Of a stretch of 64,000 bases of DNA, positions 38,706-47,948 are shown in pieces. This DNA comes from an archaeon (lineage in GTDB: Archaea > Nanobdellota > Nanobdellia > SCGC-AAA011-G17 > GW2011-AR17), in NCBI GenBank assembly GCA_018653605.1, contig JABHYY010000018.1, forward strand, positions 120,413-184,412. Reading direction: 5' to 3'. Numbering within the stretch: the stretch's first letter is position 1; each line of letters begins with the position of its first letter. Both the position numbers and the translations under genes were made by a program. The notes beneath the pieces were generated by a model. The model was not told the origin of the DNA. It was given only the letters and a program-made list of their open reading frames with translations, and did no database searches.

Positions 38706-39782
38706 TTATAAAGTTTGTGTATTTAACACATCACTCCACTCTTCACTCAACCTAGAAACATCATACTTCCCCTCAACAAACTCTCTTCCTTTCCTACCCA
38801 TAGCAAACATTTTATCTTGATTCTTAGAACACCAAATAATCCTTTCCTTCAAAGCTTCCTTATCCCTCTGCCCAACCAGAAAACCATAATCCTTTCCAAC
38901 AATCTCCTTAGGACCAACACAATCAGTTGAAATCACAGCAGTACCACAAGCCAAAGATTCCAATAAAACAATCCCATACAACTCTTCCCACCCTTTAATT
39001 TTATAAGAATTCAAAACAAAAACAGAACTTTCACCAAACACCTTAGCTAACTCATCCCTATCATTAATATGACCTAAAAACTTAACATTAGGCAAGGTGC
39101 AATCCTTAAGCTCTGACTCCATTGCCCCAGACCCAGCAAACCTAAAATCTATTTCAGGCAACTCCTTAGCAATCTCTAAAATATCTTTAATCCCTTTCTC
39201 CCTAACCAACCTACCAGTGAACAACACAGTAAACTTCTCTAATTTTTTACAAGGTTTAAACACTTCAAGATCAACAGCATGTGGTATTTGTACAACTTGT
39301 CTAGTATACTTTAACAAACCCTTTCTTGCAGTATCAGAAATGGTTACAGCTTTTACATTTTTTAAGAATCTCTCCCAAAAAAAGAGTTTGATTTTGTTAG
39401 GCTTGAAAACATAATCTCTACCATTCCAAAAAGGCCAAGAAGTCATATACACCAGATCTTTTTTGAACTGTTTCAACAACCACAGATAAACACCCATCCA
39501 ACTATAAGGTGCAAAAAGAACAACCACTTTCTTCTTAGTAAACAACAACTGAAAATAAGAAAAAAATGAATTAAACAAAGTACTAAACTTAACTTTCTTC
39601 ACATTCAAAGGTTTACCTAAAAAATCATGCGCCAAAATCCTCAAAGAGCCAAACCGAGAATAAATAAACAAGAAACATAAGTAAAAAAACCTAGAATCTC
39701 TAAACTCAACATTACCTTTAACCCTTCTAAGAGCTCTATAATAATCCTTTGTTGGACACTCAGTAAACACAATCACTTCCAT
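38706..39782 (-). CDS. GT-B glycosyltransferase, family 4
   Basis: GT4 C-terminal core: FTGRLVREKGI...ESLACGTAVISTDCVGPKEIV. Confidence 0.7.
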   Translation of the reverse strand: MEVIVFTECPTKDYYRALRRVKGNVEFRDSRFFYLCFLFIYSRFGSLRILAHDFLGKPLNVKKVKFSTLFNSFFSYFQLLFTKKKVVVLFAPYSWMGVYLWLLKQFKKDLVYMTSWPFWNGRDYVFKPNKIKLFFWERFLKNVKAVTISDTARKGLLKYTRQVVQIPHAVDLEVFKPCKKLEKFTVLFTGRLVREKGIKDILEIAKELPEIDFRFAGSGAMESELKDCTLPNVKFLGHINDRDELAKVFGESSVFVLNSYKIKGWEELYGIVLLESLACGTAVISTDCVGPKEIVGKDYGFLVGQRDKEALKERIIWCSKNQDKMFAMGRKGREFVEGKYDVSRLSEEWSDVLNTQTL

Positions 39783-39829
39783 AAACCTTAAAAAATAAAC
39801 TCCAATTTATAAAACCTATGGAACAACAA
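39778..39829. promoter_or_regulatory. 52-nt repeated divergent-promoter module, copy A
   Basis: tccataaaccttaaaaaataaactccaatttataaaacctatggaacaacaa is identical to 42601-42652. It carries TATA-like boxes in both orientations and includes a relic ATG GAA CAA CAA start of a methyltransferase gene. Confidence 0.7.
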
Positions 39830-42557
39830 AGAACTCATTATATGAATAAATATAAGGAGAATAAGAAAATTCATAACTAGTACTAAAATTCTTTCTTGTA
39901 TAATTTTTTCCAGTAATAATTGCTTGTATACTCCCTCTATTAGAATGTATTGCAGAATTTACAGGAATCAAAACCCCTTTTAGTTTTAACAACCTAACCA
40001 TAGTTTTACTATATTCAATAATTGTATCATACAAATGAACTGGACTAACCTCATTTAATATTTTATAATTTGGTTGTATACTCAAAACTAAATAATTATT
40101 CACATTTCTAAAAATGACTCCACCACAAGCATTTTTATCTTTATCCCATATAATCATCTGCAAGAAATCAGGCATATTCCACAACCTATCATCAGGAGCA
40201 ACACAAACCCCCATATTAAACATTGCAACAGAATGCAACTTTCTCTTACTTAACATAAAAGTATATTTTATTCCTCCTCTCCCTTGAGCATGATGAGTAT
40301 GCTCAAACTTATCCACCTCTTTATACATTTTGTTATAATCTTCACCAATCAACATAGCAAATATGTTAGTCATTGTTTGCTTGCTCATAGTTCCAGCAGA
40401 ATGGTGTTCTAACCATGATTTAACATCTTCCCATGAAGAAACATGCCAATCAATTCTATCTACTAAAATCCCATTCTTAGAAAGTATTTTTTTTATCTTT
40501 TGCTCTTTATCTGGATTTTTAGACATCCACAAACCATACAATTGCTTAGCTAATCCAGTAAACTTCTTTGGTTTCTCTATTCTAGCAACTAAATCAGTGA
40601 ACTCTTGTCTTCTATTCTCATGAGATATTTTTAAAGCACTATAAATCAAATCATTTTTCAACCTGTCTCCAACAAACTCTTTATATTTCATCAAACTACT
40701 ATGTTCAGTATTAAAATCAGGTAAACCCTCTCCTCTTGTTAAGGAAAATAAATATAATTTCTTCAAATAATACTTCTTTCTCTTCCTTAAATCACTAGAA
40801 GCAAAACCTCTTAATAATTCTAAACCAAGAGTTTCTGTATCAACAGTTTTTGTTTCAGAAGCATTTACCTCTTTAACAACTTCAATCAAATCATTCCATG
40901 CTTCTGTATTAATCTCCTCATTTTCTTTTAATTTATATCCTCCTTTAGATATCTTAACAGTAATTCCAGATAATCTATTCAATATATTGGGTATATCAAC
41001 TTGCCTATCATTTCTTTTACCATAAATTTGTTTGTAACTCTCTCTTGAAACAGTTAGTTCAGGAGAAAATACAGAATACAAAACAGCTGAGAGAATATTT
41101 TCATCATATTTTTTCTTTAAAATACCATTATATATTTCCTTCTTTACTCCTTTTAGATCTTTAAACATCTTTTTTAAATTTTTTTCATCACCCTTTTCTT
41201 TTAAATTTTTATATTTTTTGTAGATTTCTAATTCATCTATAGGAGAATGTTTTAAAAAATAAATTATATGTTCCTTTTCTTCTACCATAGAAAGAATAAC
41301 TTTTTTTTGTATTCCAGGAACTAAAACTTGCTCTAAAAAATCATTTGCTTTAAATCCTCTTCTTTTTAATACTTGTAATATAACTTTAATATCCTCATTT
41401 GTTTGAATAAATTCTTCAATTTTTATATAATTCTTAAAACATAAAAAAGAAGCAATAGTTTGTGACTTTAGTGTTGGAAAAATTAATAAATCAAATAATC
41501 CAATTCCAAATCTATTAAATAAGGGTTTTAATTTTTTTAATGAGTCGATTGTTTCATTCTCTACACCTTTGCAATAGTCTAACACCTTTAGAAGTTTTTT
41601 AACTAAAATTGGCCAAGTATTTTCAGTAATTAAATAATTTACTGCATAAATCCCATAAATATATAAATTAGATGCATTCTCACCAGCAGTTTTTGCTATT
41701 CTGATAAATCCATCTACAAATATTAAAAAATTGTCATTAGTAATCAAATGTTTTACAGAAGGAATTCCAAATTGAAACATACTATGTGCAGATTTACCTG
41801 CAGCCTCAACCATCCTAACAAAACCAGGCCAAGTTTCTTCGTTAATCAAATAAGCTATTTCTGGGAATCCATAGAAAAAAAGATCATTTGAATTTTCACC
41901 AGAAGCCTCAGCCATCCTAACAAAACCAGGCCATCTTTCTTCAGTAATCAAATCCCTCACAGCAGGGATACCAGATCTAAACAGGTACCTAACATTATCA
42001 TTCTCACCAGAAGCCTTAATCATTCTAATAAAACCATCAACAAACATTGGCCAAGTCCTCTCATTAATCAAATCTTTAATAGCTGGAATAGTAGGTTCAA
42101 ATAAATCCATTGAATAAGAACTAGAAGCTTCAACCAGACTAATAAAACCATCAACAAACATTGGCCAAGTCCTCTCATTAATCAAATCTTTAACAGCTGG
42201 AATTGTATATCTAAACAAATAATTGAAATTATTACCAGCCTCAACCATCCTAACAAAATCAGGCCAAGTCCTCTTATTAATTAAATCCTTAACATTATGA
42301 ATATCATATTGAAACAAATAATGTGAATACTCACCAGCAGCCTCAACCATCCTAATAAAACCAGGCCATCTTTCTTCAGTAATAAAATCCCCCACAGTAG
42401 GAATACCATCTCTAAACAATTCTGTTGAATACTGGCCAGTAGCCTTAATAATCTTAACCAAATCATCAGAATGTTGAGCAAGAAAATCAGCTAACTCAGG
42501 ATATTCATTTATAGGAAATTCATACTTACGCAAAATTTCATAACCTTCATCAACCAT
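39816..42557 (-). CDS. Large hypothetical protein (913 aa) with ~8 tandem ~38-aa alpha-helical repeats
   Basis: The unit IPAVKDLINERTWPMFVDGFIRMVEASGEN...LF recurs 8 times in the N-terminal 330 aa. The C-terminal 550 aa are unassigned. Confidence 0.55.
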   Translation of the reverse strand: MVDEGYEILRKYEFPINEYPELADFLAQHSDDLVKIIKATGQYSTELFRDGIPTVGDFITEERWPGFIRMVEAAGEYSHYLFQYDIHNVKDLINKRTWPDFVRMVEAGNNFNYLFRYTIPAVKDLINERTWPMFVDGFISLVEASSSYSMDLFEPTIPAIKDLINERTWPMFVDGFIRMIKASGENDNVRYLFRSGIPAVRDLITEERWPGFVRMAEASGENSNDLFFYGFPEIAYLINEETWPGFVRMVEAAGKSAHSMFQFGIPSVKHLITNDNFLIFVDGFIRIAKTAGENASNLYIYGIYAVNYLITENTWPILVKKLLKVLDYCKGVENETIDSLKKLKPLFNRFGIGLFDLLIFPTLKSQTIASFLCFKNYIKIEEFIQTNEDIKVILQVLKRRGFKANDFLEQVLVPGIQKKVILSMVEEKEHIIYFLKHSPIDELEIYKKYKNLKEKGDEKNLKKMFKDLKGVKKEIYNGILKKKYDENILSAVLYSVFSPELTVSRESYKQIYGKRNDRQVDIPNILNRLSGITVKISKGGYKLKENEEINTEAWNDLIEVVKEVNASETKTVDTETLGLELLRGFASSDLRKRKKYYLKKLYLFSLTRGEGLPDFNTEHSSLMKYKEFVGDRLKNDLIYSALKISHENRRQEFTDLVARIEKPKKFTGLAKQLYGLWMSKNPDKEQKIKKILSKNGILVDRIDWHVSSWEDVKSWLEHHSAGTMSKQTMTNIFAMLIGEDYNKMYKEVDKFEHTHHAQGRGGIKYTFMLSKRKLHSVAMFNMGVCVAPDDRLWNMPDFLQMIIWDKDKNACGGVIFRNVNNYLVLSIQPNYKILNEVSPVHLYDTIIEYSKTMVRLLKLKGVLIPVNSAIHSNRGSIQAIITGKNYTRKNFSTSYEFSYSPYIYSYNEFFVVP

Positions 42558-42600
42558 ATAAATAATAACACATACAACCCTTAAATACTTTACTCAACAA

Positions 42601-42652
42601 TCCATAAACCTTAAAAAATAAACTCCAATTTATAAAACCTATGGAACAACAA
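42601..42652. promoter_or_regulatory. 52-nt repeated divergent-promoter module, copy B
   Basis: Identical to 39778-39829. The TATA-like ttaaaaaataaa lies ~25 nt upstream of the methyltransferase ATG at 42641. Confidence 0.7.
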
Positions 42653-43306
42653 GATTTCGAAGAAAATTACTTCACAAACTACAAAGAACAAACTTTCAGA
42701 TGGAAATTTTGGAGCAATTACATAAAAAATAATTTTCAAGGTCCAATCCTAGAAATTGGTTGCTCTTATGGTTTTCTGTACAAATACCTAAAAGATTACA
42801 CAGGTATAGACATTTCAAAACATGCAATAAAGATAGCACAAAAACAAAACAAAGACAAATTCTCAGTAATGGACGCAGAAAAACTTGATTTCAAAGACAA
42901 CCAATTCAACTTAATCCTAACCTTAGACTTACTAGAACACCTAAACAACCCAGAAGAGTGTATCAAAGAATGTGCAAGAGTACTAAAAAATAAAGGATCA
43001 ATAATAATTAGCACTCCAAACCCAGAATCAAAAAGTAAAAGAGTAAAAGGAAAAAACTGGTTTGCAAACAAAGACAAAACACATGTTTCAATTCACAATG
43101 CAAACTACTGGATAAAACTTCTAAGAAAACACAATTTTGTAGTCACAGTCAACAAAACAATAGATCTGTTTGACTTCCCCTACTTCAACAAACTATTCAT
43201 ACTAATCAACCTAATCCTATACAAGATAAACAAACCTTTTTTAAAAAAATCAGGTGACAACTTAGTAATAATTGCTAAGATCGATAAAACTTCTCAAACT
43301 CAGTAA
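42641..43306 (+). CDS. Class I SAM-dependent methyltransferase
   Basis: Motif I ILEIGCSYGFLYKYL; D-I-S; LILTLDLLEHL. Confidence 0.7.
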   Translation: MEQQDFEENYFTNYKEQTFRWKFWSNYIKNNFQGPILEIGCSYGFLYKYLKDYTGIDISKHAIKIAQKQNKDKFSVMDAEKLDFKDNQFNLILTLDLLEHLNNPEECIKECARVLKNKGSIIISTPNPESKSKRVKGKNWFANKDKTHVSIHNANYWIKLLRKHNFVVTVNKTIDLFDFPYFNKLFILINLILYKINKPFLKKSGDNLVIIAKIDKTSQTQ

Positions 43307-44408
43307 CAACATTACTAACCAAATACTCCTTAGCCTTAACAGAATTATGCTCCTTCATCTTATCAACTAACTTCTTATCATTAATCAACCTTAACATAAC
43401 TTTTCCCAACTCATCCAAATTCCTATAATCAAAAAGAAAACCTTCATCAGCACCAACAACAAAACTTCCACCCTCAGTTCGAGTACTAACCAAAGCACAA
43501 CCTCGAGCCATAGCTTCAATCAAAACAATACCAAAAGCCTCCCACTCAGATGGCAAAACAAAAATATCAGTCGCATCCAACCCAGCCAACTTTTCAGAAT
43601 CAGAAACCCGACCAGCAAGAATTAAATGCTTCTCAACCTTTAACTCCTTAGCCAAGCTTCTAAGCTTAGCATATTCACCATCAACCTCACCCCCCATTAC
43701 CAAAAAAACAATAGAAGGATCCACTTTGACCAAAAAAGGCAAAACTTCAACAATTTGCCTCAACCCCTTATACTTCTGAACCCTACCAATATAACCAATA
43801 ACCAATTTCCTTTTCAAATTAAAAAATCTTTTCTCATTAACATCAGAAAAAATACTTTCAGGAATAGAATTAGGTATAAACTTAATTCCTTGCTTGCAAA
43901 ACCCGTACTTCTCCATCCATCTATACTGAGAAGGATTTACTTGCACAGAACCATGATACAACATGTTAACTGGATACTCAATTGTAACATATAAAAACCT
44001 CAACAAAGCTTGCCACCAAGGATACTTTTCAAGCGCCATAAAAGGACCATGTGGAGTGTTAACCAATTTCGTTTTAGTAAACAACCTTCTAAGCAAAACA
44101 CCAAGATCTTGAAAAATAAAACCAATACTTTGCACATGCAAAACATCTAGCTTATACCCCAAATGTTTGAAAGCAATTCCAGGATTAAAATTCAAATAAT
44201 ATTTATAATTTAAAAAAGACCTACTTCTATGGATTTGTACACCATCAACAGTTTCATCTTTAGAAAACACTTTACCACCCTTCCGATCAGAGGTAAACAC
44301 ATGCACTTCATGACCCTTTTTAGCCAACTCTTTAGCAATTCCAAAAGTCAACTCTTCCATCCCACCAGTTGCAGGATAAAAATAATTTGCCATAAACCCA
44401 ATTTTCAT
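43275..44408 (-). CDS. GT-B glycosyltransferase, family 4
   Basis: N-terminus MANYFYPATGGMEE; C-terminal E-x7-E region PSEWEAFGIVLIEAMARGCALVST. Confidence 0.7.
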   Translation of the reverse strand: MKIGFMANYFYPATGGMEELTFGIAKELAKKGHEVHVFTSDRKGGKVFSKDETVDGVQIHRSRSFLNYKYYLNFNPGIAFKHLGYKLDVLHVQSIGFIFQDLGVLLRRLFTKTKLVNTPHGPFMALEKYPWWQALLRFLYVTIEYPVNMLYHGSVQVNPSQYRWMEKYGFCKQGIKFIPNSIPESIFSDVNEKRFFNLKRKLVIGYIGRVQKYKGLRQIVEVLPFLVKVDPSIVFLVMGGEVDGEYAKLRSLAKELKVEKHLILAGRVSDSEKLAGLDATDIFVLPSEWEAFGIVLIEAMARGCALVSTRTEGGSFVVGADEGFLFDYRNLDELGKVMLRLINDKKLVDKMKEHNSVKAKEYLVSNVVTEFEKFYRS

Positions 44409-44506
44409 AAAAATGAGTTAAAATAACTATTCTTATACCTTTTGGTTACCAAATAATTATTTAACATACATAATTCTTATAAACCCTCTTCCAAGATTTC
44501 AAAGGG

Positions 44507-45649
44507 ATGAGAATAGCTATAGTTAGTCAGTTCTTCCTACCAACAATTGGTGGAGTAGAAAAGGTAATTGAAGTTCTAGCAAAAGAATACATTAAACAAG
44601 GCCACACAGTAGATGTTTTCACTTCAGACACTGACAAATACAAAAGAATAAAGAAAAAGTTTGAAATAATTGATGGTATAAGAATTCACAGATCAAGATA
44701 CATAGCAAAACTATCATTCAACACATACATATTCCCAGGAGTGTTTCTAAAACTACTAAAACATGACTTTGATGTAATCCACACACATGTTGGAGCAAGA
44801 GATTATGTTTTATACGCAGGTTTGATTGCAAAATATAAGAAAAAACCACACATTCACACAACACACTGCCCATGGACAGACAAGTTCAGACCACTAGCAG
44901 TAAGAATACCATTATTTTTCACAGACAAAATATTCAACTACATCTCATTCAACCTTTGCAACAAAATAATTGCAATCACACCCTGGGAAGTTCCAATCCT
45001 AAAAAAATGGGTTAAAGAAGAAAAAATAAAAGTTCTACACAATGGAATGGAAGGTTCTTTATTCAAAAAAATAAAAAATAATCCTTTCAGAAAACAAATC
45101 ATGAATGATCCAAAGAAAAAATTAGTTCTATTCTTTGGAAGACTACACCCAACAAAATCACCTCACCACTTTGCACAAGTTGCAAAAGAAATACTTGATG
45201 AAAGATGTGATATTGAATTTGCAATGATCGGTCCTGATGAAGGTATGATGGGCCAAGTTAAAGAAGTTGCAAACAATCACCCAGACATTCATATTATAGG
45301 CCCTTGGCCATATGAAAAAATTGGACAAATGTACCAAGGTTCAGACCTTTATGTTTTAACTTCATACAGAGAAGGTCTGCCACTAACTCTATTCGAAGCA
45401 ATGGCATCAGAACTACCAGTTGTTTCAACCCCAGTGAATGGAATTTCATATGAAATGGAAGATGGTGTCAATGGCTACCTTTATCCACATGGTGACTTAA
45501 AACAACTCAAAGAAAAAATATTGAAAGTTATAGAAAATCCAGACTTAGCAAAAAAATTCTCACAAAACAACATCAAAAAAGTTAAAGAATACACCTGGGA
45601 AAACATTGCAAACGAAACACTCAAAATATACAGGGAAGAAATGAAATGA
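44507..45649 (+). CDS. GT-B glycosyltransferase, family 4
   Basis: N-terminus IVSQFFLPTIGGVE; C-terminal SYREGLPLTLFEAMASELPVVSTPVNG. Confidence 0.75.
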   Translation: MRIAIVSQFFLPTIGGVEKVIEVLAKEYIKQGHTVDVFTSDTDKYKRIKKKFEIIDGIRIHRSRYIAKLSFNTYIFPGVFLKLLKHDFDVIHTHVGARDYVLYAGLIAKYKKKPHIHTTHCPWTDKFRPLAVRIPLFFTDKIFNYISFNLCNKIIAITPWEVPILKKWVKEEKIKVLHNGMEGSLFKKIKNNPFRKQIMNDPKKKLVLFFGRLHPTKSPHHFAQVAKEILDERCDIEFAMIGPDEGMMGQVKEVANNHPDIHIIGPWPYEKIGQMYQGSDLYVLTSYREGLPLTLFEAMASELPVVSTPVNGISYEMEDGVNGYLYPHGDLKQLKEKILKVIENPDLAKKFSQNNIKKVKEYTWENIANETLKIYREEMK

Positions 45650-47022
45650 AAGTATTACTAGTCTACCCAAACATTGTAGAATCACCTAAAGACATGTCTA
45701 TTGGACTAGGTATCATATCAGCTATGTTAAAAGAAAAAGGACACAAAGTTGAACTAATTGACACAACTTTCAAAGTTTCAGATGACGAAATCATAGACAA
45801 AGTTGACCAATTCAACCCAGACCTAGTTGCAGTCACTGCAGCAACCAATGACCTTCAAAACGCAATAAGAATCTCACAGATAATCAAAGAAACTAAAGAA
45901 GTACCAATCATCTGTGGTGGTTACCATGCAACTGTTGCACCAAAAGACATCATAGACCAAGATTGCTTTGACATGGTTGCAATTGGAGAATCAGAACAAT
46001 CACTAATCAAACTAACAAAAGATCTAAACAACACTAAAATTCCAAACATCTGGTTCAAAAAAGGTAAAAAGATAACAAAAAATGAAATAGGAAAACTAAC
46101 TGAAGATCTAGACAAACTCCCTTTCCCAGACAGAGAAATATTCAACTACCAAAAATACATTGACTCAAACAGAGGCTTAGCAACTTTCATGTCAAGCAAA
46201 GGTTGCCCTTTCTTATGTTCATATTGTATAAACAAAGTTTTGATTGACAAATACAAAGGAAAAGGAAAATTCCTAAGATTCAGATCAATTGACAATTTAA
46301 TGAAAGAAATGAAAGAAGTCATAACAAAATACAAAGTTAAAGAAATTGAATTCTACGACGACACTTTCACTATAAACAAACAAAGACTAAGAGATTTCGC
46401 AAAAAGATATCCAAAAGAAATTGGACTACCATTCTACATTAATGCAAGAGTAAACGCAGTAACAAAAGAAGATTTCAAACTATTGAAAGAAGCAGGATGT
46501 GTAAGAGTATCAATTGGAATCGAAGCAGGCGACCCATACATAAGAAATGACATTCTAAAAAGGTTTCAAAGCAACAAACAAATCATTGACACTTTTCAAT
46601 GGGCAAAAGAAGAAGGACTAAGAACATACTCATTCAACATGATAGGAGTTCCATTTGAAACACAAGAAAGCATAAAAAAAACAATTGAACTCAACAGAAA
46701 AGTTCAACCTGACTATGTAGGAATTTCCATTTTCAATGCATTCAAAGGAACAGAACTGTACGACATATGCAAAAAGAACAAATGGCTAAAGGACAAAGCA
46801 TCAGCATCATACTTCCAATCAAGTAATGTTAACCATCCAAACTTCACAATAAAAGAACTAAAGAAAATAAGAGACAGTTTCGGATTCGAAGTTTACAAAA
46901 ATGCAGACAAAAAAAGAGCATACATTGACTTGATAGACAAAAAACTAACAAAAGTCCCTTTATACACAAAAACAAGATCTTTACTAATAGAAAAAGGGAT
47001 TAAAAAACTCATAGAAAAATGA
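45646..47022 (+). CDS. B12-binding-domain radical SAM enzyme (class B)
   Basis: A B12-binding N-terminal domain followed by SSKGCPFLCSYC. Confidence 0.8.
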   Translation: MKVLLVYPNIVESPKDMSIGLGIISAMLKEKGHKVELIDTTFKVSDDEIIDKVDQFNPDLVAVTAATNDLQNAIRISQIIKETKEVPIICGGYHATVAPKDIIDQDCFDMVAIGESEQSLIKLTKDLNNTKIPNIWFKKGKKITKNEIGKLTEDLDKLPFPDREIFNYQKYIDSNRGLATFMSSKGCPFLCSYCINKVLIDKYKGKGKFLRFRSIDNLMKEMKEVITKYKVKEIEFYDDTFTINKQRLRDFAKRYPKEIGLPFYINARVNAVTKEDFKLLKEAGCVRVSIGIEAGDPYIRNDILKRFQSNKQIIDTFQWAKEEGLRTYSFNMIGVPFETQESIKKTIELNRKVQPDYVGISIFNAFKGTELYDICKKNKWLKDKASASYFQSSNVNHPNFTIKELKKIRDSFGFEVYKNADKKRAYIDLIDKKLTKVPLYTKTRSLLIEKGIKKLIEK

Positions 47023-47906
47023 TCACAGTAATTATAACTGCATACAAAGAGGAAAGAACAGTTGGCAAAGCAATCCAAGCTTTCCTTAACCAAGATTATC
47101 CAGAAGAGATAGAAATTCTAGTAGCTTGCCCTGACAAAGAAACAAAAGCAGTGATAGACCAGTACACAAAGAAACACAAAAATGTAAAATATGTTAAAGA
47201 CCCTGGAAAAGGTAAACCAATAGCACTTAACATCTGTTTCAAAAAAGCAAAAGGTGAGAAATTAATTCTAACTGATGGAGATGTATATGTCAGCAATAAC
47301 AGCATAAAAGAATTAATGAAACAACTAAACAAAGAAAACATTGGAGCAGTCACTTCAAGGCCAAGATCAGTAAACCCAAGGACAACAATGTTAGGCTATT
47401 TCTCGCACCTTTTAACAGACATTGGAGCTCATCACACAAGACTAAAATATGTCAAAAAAAACCAATTTATCGTCTGCTCAGGCTACTTATTTGCAATGAA
47501 AAAACTATTTACAGAAATTCCAGAAGATGCTCTGTCAGATGACGCTGTGATGTCGTATATGATAGCAAACAAAGGCTACAAAATTGGATACGCACCAAAA
47601 GCACAAGTTTATGTTAAATTCCCTACACACCTCAAAGACTGGATTAAACAAAAAAGAAGGTCAGCTGGAGGTTACAACCAAATTGAAACTTACTTCCCAA
47701 AACACAAAAGAATGCGATCATTCTGGGAAGAAATAAAAGAAGGTTGGTACAAACCATTCACATACCCAGAAAACTTTCAAGAATACACCTGGACAGTTTA
47801 CCTATACTTCATAAGACTATACCTTTGGTTCTTAATTTACAAAGATATTAACATAAAAAAGAAAGACTTCAATGAAATTTGGGTTAGAATAGAATCAACA
47901 AAATAA
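47019..47906 (+). CDS. Family-2 glycosyltransferase
   Basis: ITVIITAYKEERTVGKAIQAFLNQDYPEEIEILV...TDGD (DxD). Confidence 0.7.
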   Translation: MITVIITAYKEERTVGKAIQAFLNQDYPEEIEILVACPDKETKAVIDQYTKKHKNVKYVKDPGKGKPIALNICFKKAKGEKLILTDGDVYVSNNSIKELMKQLNKENIGAVTSRPRSVNPRTTMLGYFSHLLTDIGAHHTRLKYVKKNQFIVCSGYLFAMKKLFTEIPEDALSDDAVMSYMIANKGYKIGYAPKAQVYVKFPTHLKDWIKQKRRSAGGYNQIETYFPKHKRMRSFWEEIKEGWYKPFTYPENFQEYTWTVYLYFIRLYLWFLIYKDINIKKKDFNEIWVRIESTK

Positions 47907-47948
47907 AAAATCCTGATTTTTTATCCTTAATTTTCAATTAAGATATAA

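Noticed and set aside
39820-39882. A 20-codon plus-strand ORF MEQQRTHYMNKYKENKKIHN
   Set aside because: It arises from the duplicated promoter and 5' end of the methyltransferase gene, and it overlaps the 3' end of the 913-aa gene. It is most likely a relic, not a gene.
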